Shown: piece after piece, positions 56,867 to 64,000 of the stretch
Position numbering within the stretch: position 1 is the stretch's first letter
How the letters are laid out: each line of letters starts with the position of its first letter
Origin: the human T2T-CHM13v2.0 reference genome, Homo sapiens
Strand: one strand, 5' to 3'
Assembly: GCF_009914755.1 (NCBI RefSeq)
Contig: NC_060942.1
DNA length: 64,000 nt
Made by a program: the position numbers and the translations under genes
Notes under the pieces: model-generated
Told to the model about the DNA's origin: nothing
Databases searched by the model: none
The model's input: only the letters and a program-made list of their open reading frames with translations

Positions 56867-57157
56867 AAATAAGATGGAAAGATAGGATAAGGCAGGCATT
56901 TTGACACATGAAGCCTGATGCATATCTTCTTTATTATTATTATTATCATCATCATTATACTTTAAGTTCTAGGGCATGTGTGCACAACGTGCAGGTTTGT
57001 TACATATGTATACATGTGCCATGTTTGTGTGCTTTACCTGTTAACTCGTCATTTACATTAGGTATATCTCTTAATGCTATCCCTCCCCCCTCCCCCCACT
57101 CCACGATAGGCCCTGGTGTATGACATTCCCCACCCTGCGTCCAAGTGTTCTCATTGT

Positions 57158-61007
<3,850 letters not shown>

Positions 61008-61070
61008 TATGATGTTAGCTGGTTATTTTGCTTGTTAGTTGCTGCAGTTTCTTCCTAGCATTGATGGTCT

Positions 61071-62096
61071 TTACAATTTGGCATGTTTTTGCAGTGGCTG
61101 GTACCAGTTGTTCCTTTCCATGTTTAGTGATTCCTTCAGGAGCTCTTGTAAGGCAGGCCTAGTGGTGACAAAATCTCTCAGCATTTGTTTGTCTGTAAAG
61201 CATTTTATTTCTCCTTCACTTATGAAGCTTAGTTTGGCTGGATATGAAATTCTGGGTTGAAAATTCTTTTCTTTAAGAATGTTGAATATTGGCCCCCACT
61301 CTCTTCTGACTCATAGAGTTTCTGCTGAGAGATTCCCTGTTAGTCTGATGGGCTTCCCTTTGTGGGTAACCCGACCTTTCTCTCTGGCTGCCCTTAACAT
61401 TTTTTCCTTCATTTCAACTTTGGTGAATCTGACAATTATGTGTCTTGGAGTTGCTCTTCTCGAGGAGTATCTTTGTGGCGTTCTCTGTATTTCCTAAATT
61501 TGAATGTTGGCCTGCCTTGCTAGGTTGGGGAAGTTCTCCTGGATAATATCCTGAAGAGTGTTTTCCAACTTGGTTCCATTCTCCCTGTCACTTTCAAGTA
61601 CACCAATCAGACGTAGATTTGGTCTTTTCACATAGTCTCATAATTCTTGGAGGCTTTGTTCATTTCCTTTTACTCTTTTTTCTCTAAACATCTCTTCTTG
61701 CTTCATTTCATTCATTTGATCTTCAATCACTGATACCCTTTCTTCCACTTGATCAAACCGGCTACTGAAGCTTTTGCATGTGTCACGTAGTTCTCGTGCC
61801 ATGGTTTTCAGCTCCATCAGGTCATTTAAGGACTTCTCTGCGTTGGTTATTCTAGTTAGCCATTCATCTAATCTTTTTTCAATGTTTTTAGCTTCTTTGC
61901 AATGGGTTTGAACATCCTCTTTTAGCTTGGAGAAGTTTATTATTACTGATCGTCTGAAGCCTTCTTCTCTCTACCCGTCAAAGTCTTCCTCCATCCAGCT
62001 TTGTTCCATTGCTGGCGAGGAGCTGCGTTCCTTTGGAGGAGAAGAGGTGCTCTGATTTTTAGAATTTTCAGCTTTTCTGCTCTGGTTTCTACCCAT
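61071..62096 (-). pseudogene. L1 ORF1, disrupted
   Basis: ATGGGTAGAAACCAGAGCAGAAAAGCTGAA start at 62096, TAA at 61071-61073; no long ORF survives. Confidence 0.85.
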
Positions 62097-63458
62097 CTTT
62101 GTGATTTTATCTACCTTTGGTCTTTGATGGTGGTGACGTACAGATGGGATTTTGGTGTGGATGTCCTTTCTGTTTGTTAGTTTTCCTTCTAACAGTCAGG
62201 ACCCTCAGCTGCAGGTCCGTTGGAGTTTACTGGAGGTCCACTCCAGACCCTGTTTGCCTGGGTATCACCAGCGGAGGCAGCAGAACAGTAAATTTTGCAG
62301 AACAGCAGATGTTGCCTGATCATTCCTCTGGAAGCTTCATCTCATAGGTGCACCCGGCTGTATGAGGTGTCAGTCAGCCCCTGCTGGGAGGTGTCTCCCA
62401 GTTAGGCTACTCAGGGGTCAGGGACCCACTTGAGGAGGCAGTCTGTCCGTTCTCAGATCTCAAACTCCAAGCAGGGAGAACCACTACTCTCTTCAAAGCT
62501 GTCAGATCAGGACATTTTTTTGCTGATGCGTAACTTCTAAAACTCCCCAAGTTAGGCAGTGCAGCTGAGCCAGGATCTGACATTCATGCTCTGTTCTCAG
62601 GCAAGCTTACAAAGCTACATTTTTACCAGTGAGAGCCACAAATATGTGGTCTATTCCACAAATGTTCTTTGCCCAGTCTGAAGGAAAAGACTAGTATGAA
62701 GATGATAGTTCCTCCCAGGGTTGATGATCAAAGAACCAGATTCTGTCTACACTGGATCTGGTTGCACTGGCTGACTTGAACTCATCTTGTTCAAGAACAG
62801 AGTGAGGCCCAGTTAATGCTGCTGGGAGAAACTGAGTAGTTTGTCTCCAGGTCAAGATGTACAGGAGGTGGTCATTGAGGAAAACAAGTGCCCAACTCAT
62901 CCAAAAGCTGACCATTGAGAAGACCAAACACCTAAACTGCTTCTGTGGAATTTGAGGATTTGGCCAGGCTATTTCCAATGCAGTGAAAAATTTCCATTTG
63001 ATTCTGAATAACTGCTTGTAAAACACAAATAAATGCAGCACAGTTTTATAAGTTTTCTTCAATTCTGGCAATAAAGTAAGTGAATTCATTGGAGCAATCC
63101 CTATGCTAACCTGCTAACCAGCTGACAAACCAGATCAATAGGATACTGTCTACTCCTCTGACAGCTACATTTGTGTCTTACCACCTCTAATTGGTATTTG
63201 ATTTTAAATCTATTTCCAAAAAAAGTTTTTTAGAAGTTTAAGAAATTTACTATTAATATTAATTTGAAATAATAAATTATAAAATTATAATAATGTGGTA
63301 TAAACATTTAAAAATGCAATTGAACACATTATAAAGTTGAGAAATAGATCCATATACATACGGAAATTTAGTATAGGCTAAGGTTAGCATTTCAATCAGT
63401 AGAAGAAAAATAGTTTATTCAACAAATGGTTAGGGGACAATTATCAAGAAAACAATTT

Positions 63459-63700
63459 GCAGCCCGGGCAACATAGGGAGACCCCATCTCTACAAAAAAA
63501 ATTTTTTTTAATTAGCCAGGCATGGTGGCACATGCCTATAGTTCCAGCTACTCAGGAGGCAGAGATGGGAGGATTGCTCGAGCCCAGGAGCTCAATGCTA
63601 CAGTCAACTATGATAACACCACTGTATTCCAGCCTGTGCAACAGAGCAAGACCCTGTCTCAAAAAAAAAAAAAAAAAAAGAAAGAAAGAAAAAAAGAAAA
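63459..63700 (+). mobile_element. 5'-truncated AluJ within an old L1M fragment (~63320-63840)
   Basis: Alu right portion with A/GAAA tail; flanks are L1-like (tttattcaacaaatggtagggacaatt). Confidence 0.8.
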
Positions 63701-63840
63701 CGATTTGAATCTATAATCACACTTTTATGTTGGAAAAAAATTGAATCATTCAGGTACTAGAGGAAATCATGGGGTAATTTGTTTTTATAATAATCTTAGA
63801 AAAGGAAGTGCTTTCTATGTATGAAACAAAATCCAGAATC

Positions 63841-64000
63841 TGTATCCTGAGTAATAAAGAATTATTGGGCTTTGTCCCTGGTTCCTGGTTCCTGTGAGTT
63901 AATCTCTAACTTCTTGGAATTTCCTGGGTGATAGGAATGTCTTTGTTATTCATGGTATGCCCTCATAGTTTATTCTAATAAGGTGACTCATAGGAGGCTC
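63841..64000. mobile_element. MER21-like LTR (runs off window)
   Basis: tttgtccctggttcctgg...ttcttggaatttcctgggtgataggaatgtctttgttattcat. Confidence 0.65.

Overview
Primate (very likely human) euchromatic DNA. The first ~5.8 kb is the 3' end of MTCL1 (SOGA2, human 18p11.22) on the + strand. It has a small stop-containing exon encoding the C-terminus NQTVLLTAPWGL, a terminal exon that encodes an alternative 77-aa C-terminus when that exon is skipped, and a 3'UTR with poly(A) signals. The remaining ~58 kb is repeat-rich 'intergenic' sequence: many Alus, old L1M/L2/MIR/MLT/DNA-transposon fragments, a MER50-like solo LTR, a solo LTR10 lying inverted ~220 bp from an internally deleted HERV-IP10 provirus (LTR10, tRNA-Pro PBS, gag/env remnants), and a 5.6-kb L1PA element. 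Two orphan promoter-like regions are present: an RFX X-box/CRE/CCAAT cluster at ~17.8 kb and a CpG-rich tandem ETS element at ~30.1 kb. The most interesting signal is a chain of phase-compatible, splice-site-bounded, decayed + strand exons at ~42.7-46.6 kb, with possible further exons at 36.8-39.8 kb. It reads as a protein with a galactose-binding-like (IFT25/CEP104-N-type) jelly-roll pattern, making it a candidate unannotated unitary pseudogene (lost gene). That is inference from manual translation and needs comparative-genomic confirmation. Repeat subfamily names are from recalled consensus sequences and boundaries of old repeats are approximate.
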